A stretch of 64,000 bases of DNA. Origin: Nitrosopumilus sp. (GTDB lineage: Archaea; Thermoproteota; Nitrososphaeria; Nitrososphaerales; Nitrosopumilaceae). Position 1 is the first letter of the stretch; each line of letters opens with the position of its first letter. The stretch is from contig OZ244651.1 of NCBI GenBank assembly GCA_965218695.1, positions 864,001 through 928,000 on the forward strand, in the 5' to 3' direction. Shown piece after piece: positions 11,175 through 20,425 of this stretch. The notes below the pieces were generated by a model, which saw nothing but the letters and a program-made list of their open reading frames with translations, did no database searches and was not told where the DNA came from. Both the position numbers and the translations under genes were made by a program.

Positions 11175-11576
11175 TTGAATATGACCCGTTCTGACAATAA
11201 AGAGTGGATTGAGACGATAACCAGATACCGAGAGCAATGCAAGAAGATCCTGAGTCTCTCAAAAAACATCAGATATGTCGGAGTCATGAACATTTACGGC
11301 AGAACCCTGACTGGAGTCATCAAGCCTGATCTAAAACCACTGCTCAAACCGGATCGTGCAAAAGATGAGTTTTTTTTAGTTTCAACATTCTCTGCATTAA
11401 GAAGAAACACCACTGGGGGCATCGGAATGCTCAACCATGCCGTATTCCATCATAGCAAGGTCATAATTGTCGCCATACCACAAAAGGATGTCACCTTTTA
11501 CATCACCATAAACAGACGCGAGAAGGAGCTGGAGAACACTATGGCCCTAATCAAGAAACAGATTAAGAAGGCGTAG
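11175..11576 (+). CDS. Roadblock/longin-like small protein (DUF6659-like)
   Basis: CKKILSLSKNIRYVGVMNIYGRTLTG pattern typical of this thaumarchaeal family; TATA-like TTATTAA upstream. Confidence 0.7.
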   Translation: MNMTRSDNKEWIETITRYREQCKKILSLSKNIRYVGVMNIYGRTLTGVIKPDLKPLLKPDRAKDEFFLVSTFSALRRNTTGGIGMLNHAVFHHSKVIIVAIPQKDVTFYITINRREKELENTMALIKKQIKKA

Positions 11577-11634
11577 ACCCAATGCCCGGTCAGTCTGTCT
11601 GCCGGGTGATGTCTTTGAAGGTTGACTCGGGGAT

Positions 11635-11930
11635 TTAGTTTCAACATTCTCCGCATCGGGAAGAAGCACCACGGGGCATCGGAATGATCAGCCATGCCGT
11701 ATTCCATCATAGCAAGGCCATAGTTAGTACCCTGCCACAAAAGGACGCCGCCTCCTACCAGACAATCCAGATGTGGACTCATTCTGGTAAGCCTTCAATG
11801 CAGACAAGACCATGGGGCCTCTTGCCAAGCATCATATCGCCTGAATCACCACTAGATCCTGTCGCGCCGCAATCACGCGTGGGTTATCTGTTCTACATCA
11901 CCATAAACAAACATTAGAAAAACTGGGGAG
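11635..11930 (+). pseudogene. Degenerate tandem duplicate of the 3' half of gene 11175-11576, interrupted by a small insert
   Basis: Aligns with about 11375-11540 (tttagtttcaacattctc...ccatgccgtattccatcatagcaagg...tacatcaccataaaca) with a frameshift and a stop. Confidence 0.8.
11759..11890. mobile_element. MITE-like 132-bp insertion
   Basis: Absent from the intact paralog; ends CAGACAATCCA vs CAGATAACCCA (reverse complement); flanks TCCTAC / TTCTAC. Confidence 0.55.
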
Positions 11931-11956
11931 TGTTGTCGTCCTAATTGAAAAACATA

Positions 11957-12367
11957 TCAAACAGGAGTAAACCCGTGATACCCGCCTGTCTGCTGGTCCT
12001 TGTTTTTGAAGGTTGGCTCAAAGAGGGATATCAGGTAGCCATCAGGATCCATGGCGATTGCAAACTTTTTGTTGCTGTCGTCTACAACATCTCTGTGAAG
12101 CCGAACCCCTTTTGCAGTCAGCTCCTCAATTGCAGACTTTACGTCGCCTACAAGAAAGCCAATTGCGATTCCTTCCTCAATGGATTTGTTTGTAGGCTGT
12201 GGCTGTGATGCAAGATGCAGACTCAGTAGAGGCCCGGACGTACCCAAGTCAATCCATGATTCCCCACGCTCTTTAATTGGGAGTCCGATAAAATCATGAT
12301 AAAACTGCAGAGATCGATCCATGTCCTGCACTGCAAGCATTACGTTTCCGATCTTCTTGATATTCAC
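11957..12367 (-). CDS. VOC / glyoxalase family protein
   Basis: NVMLAVQDMDRSLQFY, IGFLVGDV, DPDGYLISL motifs. Confidence 0.9.
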   Translation of the reverse strand: MNIKKIGNVMLAVQDMDRSLQFYHDFIGLPIKERGESWIDLGTSGPLLSLHLASQPQPTNKSIEEGIAIGFLVGDVKSAIEELTAKGVRLHRDVVDDSNKKFAIAMDPDGYLISLFEPTFKNKDQQTGGYHGFTPV

Positions 12368-12401
12368 AGGGTTTCTATTTCAAAGCTCCTTAAATCCATT
12401 T

Positions 12402-12620
12402 TCATTGAACCTCGACCATCGTCTCGGTTCGCAACACTCCGTTGATGTTCTGGATCTGGTTGGCCGCGTCCTTTATCTCTACTAGTTTCTCGACGTTGAT
12501 TATGGCGACTGCATCAAACTGTCCGCTGGTGGGAAATGACTCCGTGACTGATGTTACCTTGCGAAGCCGTGCCGCTATGAGTTTTTTGGGAGATTTTACC
12601 AAAATTATCGCCCTCACCAT
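12402..12620 (-). CDS. Stand-alone Lrp/AsnC ligand-binding (RAM) domain protein
   Basis: TSGQFDAVAII and INGVLRTET motifs. Confidence 0.85.
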   Translation of the reverse strand: MVRAIILVKSPKKLIAARLRKVTSVTESFPTSGQFDAVAIINVEKLVEIKDAANQIQNINGVLRTETMVEVQ

Positions 12621-12853
12621 CCCAGATTCACCTCCACTTCGATCAGCGTTTCGGTAGTAACAATGTCCTTGATCTTTTTAAAGTCAATGACCATGCTGTT
12701 GATCTCATTGATGTTACCCTGCATGAGCACGCTGATGTCTGCCCTGCCGGTAACTATCATTATCTGCTTGATTATCTTGCGTTTCTTTCTTAGTATCAGC
12801 ACGGCAGAATCAACCTTGCCTGGCTGCACAGTTATCAAACATAGTGCACGCAT
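12614..12853 (-). CDS. Stand-alone Lrp/AsnC ligand-binding (RAM) domain protein
   Basis: MRALCLITVQPGK, VTGRADI, IVTTETLI; start placed at 12853. Confidence 0.85.
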   Translation of the reverse strand: MRALCLITVQPGKVDSAVLILRKKRKIIKQIMIVTGRADISVLMQGNINEINSMVIDFKKIKDIVTTETLIEVEVNLGW

Positions 12854-13425
12854 ACATGTCATATACCGATGTGACGGATAAGTATTTCCTGGAAATTGTG
12901 ACAAAAAAAAGCAGCCTCCGGATCCGTTCACGCCCTTGCTCAGACGAACGGACACCTCCCTGCACCGGTAGCATCTGGCATCCCATGCTTGATGAGGATG
13001 TGACCCCTGCAGGGAACCAACAAAGCAGATGTCTGGAGACAATTCCTGCAGGAGTTGAGACTGGCTAATTAAGATCGTTTCAGCCTGCGGATACTGCCAA
13101 GACCATCACCAGACGCACCAAGGCGTGCCCAAAATGTCGGGTCAACTACCCCACAGGGGTGCGTACCCTGCCCAGAAGAGTCCGGCAGACGGCTACAGGC
13201 ATGGTGTAGGAACTCGATGTCAGCCAGTACCACGTCACATGCAGCCAATGTGATCACGCGGATAAGAGATTACAAAGTCAGCCAAACCCCGTCTGTGTGG
13301 CATGCAGACTGACCCAATCTTTGAAAATACGTGCAATTTTTGTCCAAACGGCTGCAAAATAATGGACGCGTCATGCATTCAGGTTGTAATTTGCCTACGC
13401 CACCCGATCATGGAACAGTTCCAGT

Positions 13426-13719
13426 CTAGTCAAATGCCTCTTGAGATCTTGCCTCTTCAAGATATGCCCTTCTTTCCTCGTTTATCTTCTCCTGATCAAT
13501 CTGTATGTCGTCATCAACTATGACGATCCCCATATCGTCAGCCGGCGTCCTCGTAGCACGCCTTGGTTCCGGCGTGGATTTTACCGTTCCACCTTCCTTC
13601 TCCCTATCAGGCATGGATTCTGCAGCTGAAGATGAGTCATTCTCAGGTGCGATTTCCTTAGTTTCAGGCTGATCCCTCTCTGCGACTTTCTTCTTTGTAG
13701 GCTTTTTTTCAGTTACCAA
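13426..13719 (-). CDS. Hypothetical charged, low-complexity protein
   Basis: TTG start (MVTEKKPTKKK...) about 25 bp after a TTTAAA box; C-terminus INEERRAYLEEARSQEAFD. Confidence 0.65.
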   Translation of the reverse strand: MVTEKKPTKKKVAERDQPETKEIAPENDSSSAAESMPDREKEGGTVKSTPEPRRATRTPADDMGIVIVDDDIQIDQEKINEERRAYLEEARSQEAFD

Positions 13720-13765
13720 TGTCGAAAAATAGGGGCTGAGCTTATTTTTAAATATTGTGTATTTC

Positions 13766-15128
13766 AACTTTGTTTCCTAATTATCTTCAACCACGCCTAA
13801 CTCTTCCAGAGTCATGTCAGTCAGTCAGCCCAGACGAATTTGAATACCGTGTCAAACACTTTCAATAGAAAACTGTATTGATCAGAGAGGCGTGCAGACA
13901 GTCAGGCCAACAACCATGACTGAAAACACGCCATCTCCAGACAAGACGGGCACGCATGACGCTAAAAAATCTTTCAAATCAGAAGGGCGCAGGTTCCGGT
14001 ACGATGACCGCAGGTACATAGACCGCGGTCAGCTGTGGTCCCTCCAGATAAACCAGGAGATCCTGACGCGGGACGTGGAGAAGCTAAACAGCGGAAAGGT
14101 CGGCCACCCGTACGTGTTCTCAAACGCGTGCTTTGCAGCAGCGTTCCTGTTCAGGAATGCCACCGGCATCAGGTACAGGCAGCTCCAGGGCCTGGCAGAG
14201 ACCGTGGTTGGCAAGGAAAACTCACCCACGTACTCGGCATTCCAGAAGAGGATTGCCAAGCTTGGCTGCACCTTTGACGAGAAGGGTGCCGGCAACACGA
14301 CTTCGGTGTGGTTTTCAGACGGCGGCGCCAGAACAGAGATCAGCCTGTTTGCATTTGACTCCACGGGGCTCAAGCCCACAAACCGCGGCGACTGGATGAC
14401 GGCAAAGTGGGGGACCCGGCGCGGGTTCATAAAGATGCACGTCGGCGTGGACGCCAAGACCAAAAAGATCTACGCCGTGGCAATCACTGACGACAGGTGC
14501 GGGGACTCTCCGCAGTTTGAGGAACTGGTGGAGCAGGCCTTTGCAAACGCAGAAAAATCACCAAGCGCAGACACGTCTGCAGGCACCAGGGTGGCAGCCG
14601 ACGGCGCGTACGACGCCAGGAAGATCCACAGGTACTGTGACGATCGCGGCATCTCCCCGCTGATTCCAGTCCGCATAAACTTTGCCGGAAAGGCAAAAGG
14701 GTGCATGCCCCGCAAGAAGGCCGGATTCGAACAGCTTGGGGGGATGGACCACATTGACAAGACGGCCGAGCGCGAGTTTGCCGGCCTTTCGCGTGAACAG
14801 AAAAGGGAATTCCAGAAGGCGTGGCGCGAGGAGTCCGGGTACAACCAGCGGTGGTCAGCCGAGATTACATTCTCCACGTTCAAGCGGGTGTTGGGCGAGT
14901 GCATAAGCGCCCGAAAATGGGAGAACGTCAAGGCCGAGATATACGGAAAGGTGCAGCTGTACAACCAGATGATCGATACTGCCATTGACAACGGGTACGG
15001 CACGCCAAGGATCGTACAAGTCTACAGACCCGAATCAAGGACGGCAGGAAATGGAGGGGATGCAGGACGATGACATAGGCAGTATTGTACAGACGGGTGT
15101 CTCTGGTTCATAATTAGGAAACAAAGTT
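13766..15128 (+). mobile_element. IS5-family (IS903-like) insertion sequence, copy 2, inverted relative to copy 1
   Basis: Same 19-bp TIRs, same 1363-bp length and identical translated transposase; 7-bp direct repeat GTATTTC on both flanks. Confidence 0.93.
13892..15073 (+). CDS. IS5-family DDE transposase
   Basis: Protein identical to 3888-5069. Confidence 0.93.
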   Translation: MQTVRPTTMTENTPSPDKTGTHDAKKSFKSEGRRFRYDDRRYIDRGQLWSLQINQEILTRDVEKLNSGKVGHPYVFSNACFAAAFLFRNATGIRYRQLQGLAETVVGKENSPTYSAFQKRIAKLGCTFDEKGAGNTTSVWFSDGGARTEISLFAFDSTGLKPTNRGDWMTAKWGTRRGFIKMHVGVDAKTKKIYAVAITDDRCGDSPQFEELVEQAFANAEKSPSADTSAGTRVAADGAYDARKIHRYCDDRGISPLIPVRINFAGKAKGCMPRKKAGFEQLGGMDHIDKTAEREFAGLSREQKREFQKAWREESGYNQRWSAEITFSTFKRVLGECISARKWENVKAEIYGKVQLYNQMIDTAIDNGYGTPRIVQVYRPESRTAGNGGDAGR

Positions 15129-15137
15129 GTATTTCTG

Positions 15138-16314
15138 GAGGTTGGTGCGTAATTCTTCTGACCGCCTAGTCTAGTCCGATACGTTCAATGATCCCATGAT
15201 CGCCCGCACGCGATAATGATCAAACACAACAGACGGGAAAGATACTGGCAGTACTACGAACTTGCAAACGAAGTCGAGGCATCCCACCTGAGGAGGACGC
15301 TGATTGAAATGATTCTTGAGAACCCCTGCCCGCGCTCCGAAAACGACAACAGGGGCCGTCCTCGGATTCACTCCAAGGACAAGCTGGATTTTGCCTGCCT
15401 GCCTGCCTGCTGATGAGGGCATACAACAACACCTTCCGCAGGATCGAGTCAGACCTGCACGACATGCGGACTCCCTGGGACGGCGAACCCGTGCCGGATC
15501 ACACCACGATAGTCAGGCACCTCCAGATCATCCCGCCAGACTGGATGGATTTGGTGCTGGCCGAGACTGCTCGCCGATGCATCGCCGGGGCGTCCGGGGC
15601 AACCGGACCGCTGGCTGCAGACAGCAGCGGAGTGGAGACTACCCGGTACGAGGACATCGAAAAACCCTGCAAAAGGGAGCGCGATTTCGTCGAGATGCGC
15701 CAAAAGGCCTACTGGAAATACCACGTAACGGCCATCATGGGGCTACAGATCGTGCTGGCCGCGTTTGGCACGCCTGGCAACGTCAACGACGTCACGATGC
15801 TGCCAGTCATGCTGGCAGAGATCAGGCGCCGCGGGTATGACTTTTCGGGGCGCGTCTTTGATGCGGACCGCGGGTATGACGCCGACTACAACTTCAAGGA
15901 GCTGTTCTGGATGGGCATGACGCCCAACATCAAGCAGAGAAAGGACGCCGTCAGCAGGGGCAAGCCAAGCAGGAAGAAGGCAGCCGGGCTGTTTGACTCG
16001 CACGAGTACAGGACAAGAGCCCTGGTGGAAGGCATATTCGGGGCCGAGGAGAGCCGGCGGCACCAGCTTCACTGCAGGTTCGTGCGCGAAGACAATCGGC
16101 GCCGGTTTGCCAAGGGACGAGCAATCTCATGGAACATCCGGATCCTCAACCGGTTTGAGTGTGCCTGCCGGCTAAATATACCGATACCGTCCTACGGCGG
16201 TTCGGCTCGCACGGAGTGCGCCTGATGATCCAACCCGTCCGTATCTGACCCCGTCCGTGAGAATGCGGCGGGAAATATTCAGATTAGGACATATCGGAAT
16301 TATGCACCAACCTC
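15138..16314 (+). mobile_element. IS5/IS4-like insertion sequence, 1177 bp
   Basis: TIR GAGGTTGGTGCGTAATTC / GAATTATGCACCAACCTC (17 of 18); 9-bp TSD GTATTTCTG (15129-15137 / 16315-16323). Confidence 0.9.
15216..16225 (+). pseudogene. DDE transposase frameshifted at a (GCCT)4 tract
   Basis: ORFs 15216-15413 and 15413-16225 join (DFACLLMRAY) if 8 bp are removed; PDHTT, ADSSG, ADRGYD, RALVEGIFG motifs. Confidence 0.85.
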
Positions 16315-16413
16315 GTATTTCTGTGGATTGTCGCGTAAATCAATCAAGTCATAATCTGCCTTGTCCTTGGGTTCCGTCTGACGTGGACTGCATTCGTTGT
16401 GGCTTTTTTCGTG

Positions 16414-17133
16414 TCATGCATAGGCTACCTTGACTCCCAAATCTGCGGTATGCTCCAGCCTGTTGAGGACCTCGATGTTCCAGTCTATCGCCTTTAGCAG
16501 CCCGAACCTTCTCTGGTTCACGCCCATGCGGAATCTGCAGTACAGCTGATGGTGTTCTGTCTCCTCGGCTCCGAATATTCCCTCGATCATCCCGCGTTGT
16601 TTGTAGAGGATGGCATCGAACAATTTGGCTGCCTTTTTCCGATGTTTTTTGCCCCTGCTCTTTGCGTTCTTTCTCTGCTTGATGTTGGGAACCATGTCAA
16701 GTGTAAAGACTGCCTCGCAGTTGCTGTCAGAGCCGTATCCCTTGTCGGCGTTAAGCCTCCACCCGTCAAAGATTACCTTCATTCTGGCAATGCGGTTCAG
16801 CATCGTCTTGAGCACGACCATGTCCGTCGTGCGGTTGGACGTGATCCTGCAGGACAGTATGATCTGCAGTCCGACTACCGCCGTCACATGCCACTTGACG
16901 TACCGGTTTACCCTTTTTGGGGCGAATTCGTGCCTGATTTTGTCCGGCCTGTCGGCGGTTTCGTACCTGTCCGTCTCCACCCCGGTGCTGTCTGCGGCCA
17001 GCATCCCTTCTGTCGTACCGGCCGCATCCATGCATTGGCACGCAGCCTCCCTCAGGATTCGTTCCAGCCACCAGATTGGAATCGTCTCAAGGAATCGCGC
17101 TATCGTTGAGTGGTCCGGATACCCACGTGTCAC
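16414..17133 (-). pseudogene. 5'-truncated DDE transposase related to 15216-16225
   Basis: Begins at PDHSTIARF and lacks the N-terminal region; ADSTG, ADKGY, RGMIEGIFG; no left TIR found. Confidence 0.82.
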
Positions 17134-17147
17134 AGGCTGCTTATAAA

Positions 17148-17175
17148 TTGGATAAATTATCCAAGAGCTTAAATA
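17148..17175 (+). promoter_or_regulatory. Palindromic operator candidate plus TATA box of cbtBA
   Basis: TTGGATAA-A-TTATCCAA (17148-17164) followed by TTAAATA (17169-17175), 22 bp before the ATG. Confidence 0.6.
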
Positions 17176-17197
17176 GATTCATCAAACGTTAACATTC

Positions 17198-17410
17198 ATG
17201 TCTACAACAAGACAGACTCACGTGTCCAGACCAATCCCAAAACTGGCAGTGTTCGTATTGGCTGTAATCTTTGCCACAGGAATGTTCATTGTAGGGTTTG
17301 ATCAGGGACACATATTCAGTCTGGTTTATGGTGAGCAGGCATTTGTTGATCTTTACATACATGAGCTTACCCATGACATGAGACACACAGCCGGCTTTCC
17401 CTGTCACTAG
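17198..17410 (+). CDS. cbtB: Cobalt transporter subunit CbtB
   Basis: One TM helix followed by the HELTHDMRHTAGFPCH signature. Confidence 0.92.
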   Translation: MSTTRQTHVSRPIPKLAVFVLAVIFATGMFIVGFDQGHIFSLVYGEQAFVDLYIHELTHDMRHTAGFPCH

Positions 17411-17422
17411 GAGCATGCCATC

Positions 17423-18154
17423 ATGAGAACATCTCTTTTTATACTAATAGTCTTAGCGTCCGGAGCATTTGCCGGACTTTTATACGGGGTTACAAACCTT
17501 GCAGTAGTTGAGCCGTATCTTGACGAGGCAATCGAGATCGAAAACCAGGCCCTGTTTGCCTCCGGCCAGATATCTGATGCGGATCAGTTCCAGATAGAGT
17601 ACGAAAGTTACAGGCTCTGGCAGAAGGGCGGCCAGGTTCTTGCAGGGGTGATATATGGGATCTCGGTAGGCGCACTGTTTGGAATCGTGTTTGTCCTGTC
17701 CAGACGATCCCTTCCAGGGAGAAATGATCTGATGAGATCCGTAATCCTGGCAGGCATCATGTGGACTGCGCTGTATGTGGTGCCATTCCTAAAGTATCCG
17801 CCGGGCCTTCCGGGTACTGGAGACGGCGAGACCCTGCTTGTCCGATCTGTCCTGTACCTATCTGTCATTGGGATCTCCGGATTCGGGGCACTTGGCTTCT
17901 ACCGGCTGTCAAGACGGTTTGAGGGAAACAGAAAGATTGCATCCCTTGCAGGCTATGTGATTCTGATTGCCGTGACCTTTCTTGTAATGCCTGAGGATGC
18001 TGTCGGGACTGATTCCCCTACGGACCTACTCAGCGGCTTCCAGACTGCGTCATTCCTTACAGCTACTGCCTTTTGGGCGTCTGTGGGGGTCATTACGGGA
18101 CTGTTTTGGATCCGGCTCCTACCCGATGCCCAGAGAACCCGGCAGTATGAATAG
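17423..18154 (+). CDS. cbtA: Cobalt transporter subunit CbtA
   Basis: VEPYLDEAIEIE and VPFLKYPP motifs, multiple TM helices, directly after cbtB. Confidence 0.9.
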   Translation: MRTSLFILIVLASGAFAGLLYGVTNLAVVEPYLDEAIEIENQALFASGQISDADQFQIEYESYRLWQKGGQVLAGVIYGISVGALFGIVFVLSRRSLPGRNDLMRSVILAGIMWTALYVVPFLKYPPGLPGTGDGETLLVRSVLYLSVIGISGFGALGFYRLSRRFEGNRKIASLAGYVILIAVTFLVMPEDAVGTDSPTDLLSGFQTASFLTATAFWASVGVITGLFWIRLLPDAQRTRQYE

Positions 18155-18225
18155 CTGTTCCAAGAATATAGAATGAGAATGAAAACATCTCGTTTAAATA
18201 TGCCAAATTGATCCCTACTATCTGT

Positions 18226-18555
18226 ATGTCTAGGCGACTTACGCTTCCACAGTTAAAGAAATACGATACCACCCAGAAGGTTATTGAGGCACTAGCCAAT
18301 GCCGAATCCCGTGCCATTCTGTTTGCAATTGTCAAGGAGGGAAACACAGCTGCGGATCTGTCTGATAAACTTAAGATTCCCCTCAGCTCGGTATACAAGA
18401 AACTGACCGAACTTGAGGATCTTACGCTGATTCAGGTTGAAAAATGGATGCTCTCTGACAGCGGAAGAAAGTACAAGATATATCGAAGCAGGGTACAGAG
18501 GGCCGAGATCTTCATTAAGAAATCCGAACCCGTCCTGACTCTGATACCAAACTAG
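18226..18555 (+). CDS. Winged-helix (ArsR-like) transcriptional regulator
   Basis: LANAESRAIL...IPLSSVYKKLTELE...GRKYKIYRS; TTTAAATA box at 18193-18200. Confidence 0.85.
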   Translation: MSRRLTLPQLKKYDTTQKVIEALANAESRAILFAIVKEGNTAADLSDKLKIPLSSVYKKLTELEDLTLIQVEKWMLSDSGRKYKIYRSRVQRAEIFIKKSEPVLTLIPN

Positions 18556-18560
18556 GGGCC

Positions 18561-18911
18561 ATGGCAAAACCAAGCATCATTCAGCTATCCGAAGTGGACA
18601 TTACCCAGAAGATAATAGGATCGCTTAGCAACGTGTGTACAAGGGCGGTACTGTTCTCTGTCAAGAACCACTCCAAGGATGCAACCCAGATTGCCGACGA
18701 GCTGCAAATCTCACTTTCGACTGTCTACAAGACGCTGTCCACGTTGGAAGATCTTGCGCTTGTAGAGGTGAACAGATACGTCTTTTCAGAGGATGGCAAG
18801 AAGATCAAGCAGTACAGAAGCCGAGTTGGCAGGGTGGAGATTACCATGGAGAATCTGACGCCGATCCTCAACCTGTATCCAAACATCGTCAGCCTAAAGT
18901 CAAACGACTGA
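18561..18911 (+). CDS. Winged-helix (ArsR-like) transcriptional regulator, paralog of the preceding gene
   Basis: LSNVCTRAVL...ISLSTVYKTLSTLE...GKKIKQYRS. Confidence 0.85.
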   Translation: MAKPSIIQLSEVDITQKIIGSLSNVCTRAVLFSVKNHSKDATQIADELQISLSTVYKTLSTLEDLALVEVNRYVFSEDGKKIKQYRSRVGRVEITMENLTPILNLYPNIVSLKSND

Positions 18912-19160
18912 CATCTGATTGGCTGGCTCGCCGTCCTCACGACCGAATTTGTATGACAACTGTCATCCATGCATGGATGGATGTATACATGCGGTGGCAG
19001 GAGACTGATCTTTCATGTGACACTCCCACACCTGAATGCAGGTTCAGCTTGTGTGATGTATATGGCAGAAGCGGCCGGGCATGGAATCCTGTCTGTTTCA
19101 TGCCCGGATACCAAACCGGCACTCATGAATTTTGTTGTGTGATGGCCGCATCCCTTGGAA

Positions 19161-20186
19161 TTACGTGGTGACGCCATCCAGCATGTCCGAGTCTGCAGCA
19201 TCCCTTATCTCCCTTGCAATGCGTCTTCCCATACTCATGGGCTGGTCAAACAGAAGGGAATAGTACGGAGACCCGTCCATGTAGATGTTGGTTCCTGCAA
19301 CAATTCTGGCAGAGAACTCAAAGGAAGTAAACCTTGCATTCTCATCATAGACTCCCTCGATACAGAACGGCCCGTTCATTCCAGGCGATACGAGTCTTCT
19401 TGAGGCATCAACGAACCTCTGGCCCATGCGATACACCTCGTCCAATAATGACTCCCGGAGTACCAGCGGACTGTTCCCTATAACGTTAAACGAGGGAACC
19501 TTGCTGCGCTTCATCTGTTCGGGTGACGGTATCCTTGCCAGTCCCTCTATGTCCGATTCATGCCTTTGATCAGCTCCAAAGAACTCCAACTCATCCCTGA
19601 CAGGCGAGTAGAAGAACTGCAGGTATGCCAGCACTCCTGCAGCATACTCTTGAATGTACAGCGTCTCATCCTCTGATATTATCCCCTCCGATACAAGCTG
19701 TCTCCTTTTGGAGTCATAGTCCTGCGGATTGGCTGCAATGAAATACCCCTTTCCGCCTGCGGCCCCTTGTCGTTTTACTATCACCATTCTGTCAATGTCC
19801 TCGGGATCCGTGACCTGCCTTGGCATTGGAAGGTCTGCTGCCCTCATGAGCCTCTCCTTCATTGTCCTATCAGATTCCCATCGAAGAATCCACTTGTTCC
19901 CAAAGACGGGCGTCTTTATGGATTCGATCTCCCCGGGACTCATCTGGGCTATCAGGGTTCCGTGCGGAATCAGGATTGCATCGTTGTCATCTAGAACCGA
20001 CTGGCACCTCTGCTCAAGAACCTCCCTAAACGAATCCACCACCACCATCTCGTCAATGAATGGAAACCTCCGGTACAGGCTCTGGCGCCTCTTCTCGCAG
20101 ACCAGTATCGTCTTAAAGCCCTCGTCCTTGGCTCCCTTTAGTACCTGTAATGAACAGTGCGAACCCAGCGTTGCAATGGCAGTCAT
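19161..20186 (-). CDS. purP: Formate--phosphoribosylaminoimidazolecarboxamide ligase (PurP family)
   Basis: IATLGSHCSLQVLKGAKDEG, GAAGGKGYF, LRESLL, GPFCIE, FEFSARIVAGTN, MSMGRRIA. Confidence 0.92.
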   Translation of the reverse strand: MTAIATLGSHCSLQVLKGAKDEGFKTILVCEKRRQSLYRRFPFIDEMVVVDSFREVLEQRCQSVLDDNDAILIPHGTLIAQMSPGEIESIKTPVFGNKWILRWESDRTMKERLMRAADLPMPRQVTDPEDIDRMVIVKRQGAAGGKGYFIAANPQDYDSKRRQLVSEGIISEDETLYIQEYAAGVLAYLQFFYSPVRDELEFFGADQRHESDIEGLARIPSPEQMKRSKVPSFNVIGNSPLVLRESLLDEVYRMGQRFVDASRRLVSPGMNGPFCIEGVYDENARFTSFEFSARIVAGTNIYMDGSPYYSLLFDQPMSMGRRIAREIRDAADSDMLDGVTT

Positions 20187-20215
20187 GAATTGTGATCGAG
20201 ATTGGGTTCTGCGCC

Positions 20216-20425
20216 TTATGAATTATGTGCAGATGAGACATACTCAAACACCTCGTCAATGAGCCCTGCGCTCAGTGCATGCCGGGCATCCTCCGGAACC
20301 ACCTTCAGAACAAAGTCGTACAGCGTGACTCCCTCGGGCAGGTCGTCCCTCTCCTGTAGCAGGGAGTACACTGCAATCCCGTTTGCAATGATGGCAACCA
20401 TCCTCTCCCGTTCGGACAATGTCAT
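20216..20425 (-). CDS. Small hypothetical protein
   Basis: 69 aa, co-oriented with and just upstream of purP. Confidence 0.65.
   Translation of the reverse strand: MTLSERERMVAIIANGIAVYSLLQERDDLPEGVTLYDFVLKVVPEDARHALSAGLIDEVFEYVSSAHNS

Noticed and set aside
11375-11930. Diversity-generating retroelement template/variable repeat pair
   Set aside because: Differences are not confined to adenines, include indels, and no reverse transcriptase is present; this is a decayed duplicate.
13069-13260. Possible zinc-ribbon or IS remnant (TKACPKC on the plus strand)
   Set aside because: Too short, with no supporting motifs or ends.
3833-15128. Inversion or composite transposon between the two identical IS5 copies
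   Set aside because: Each copy retains its own matching flanking repeats, indicating independent insertions.
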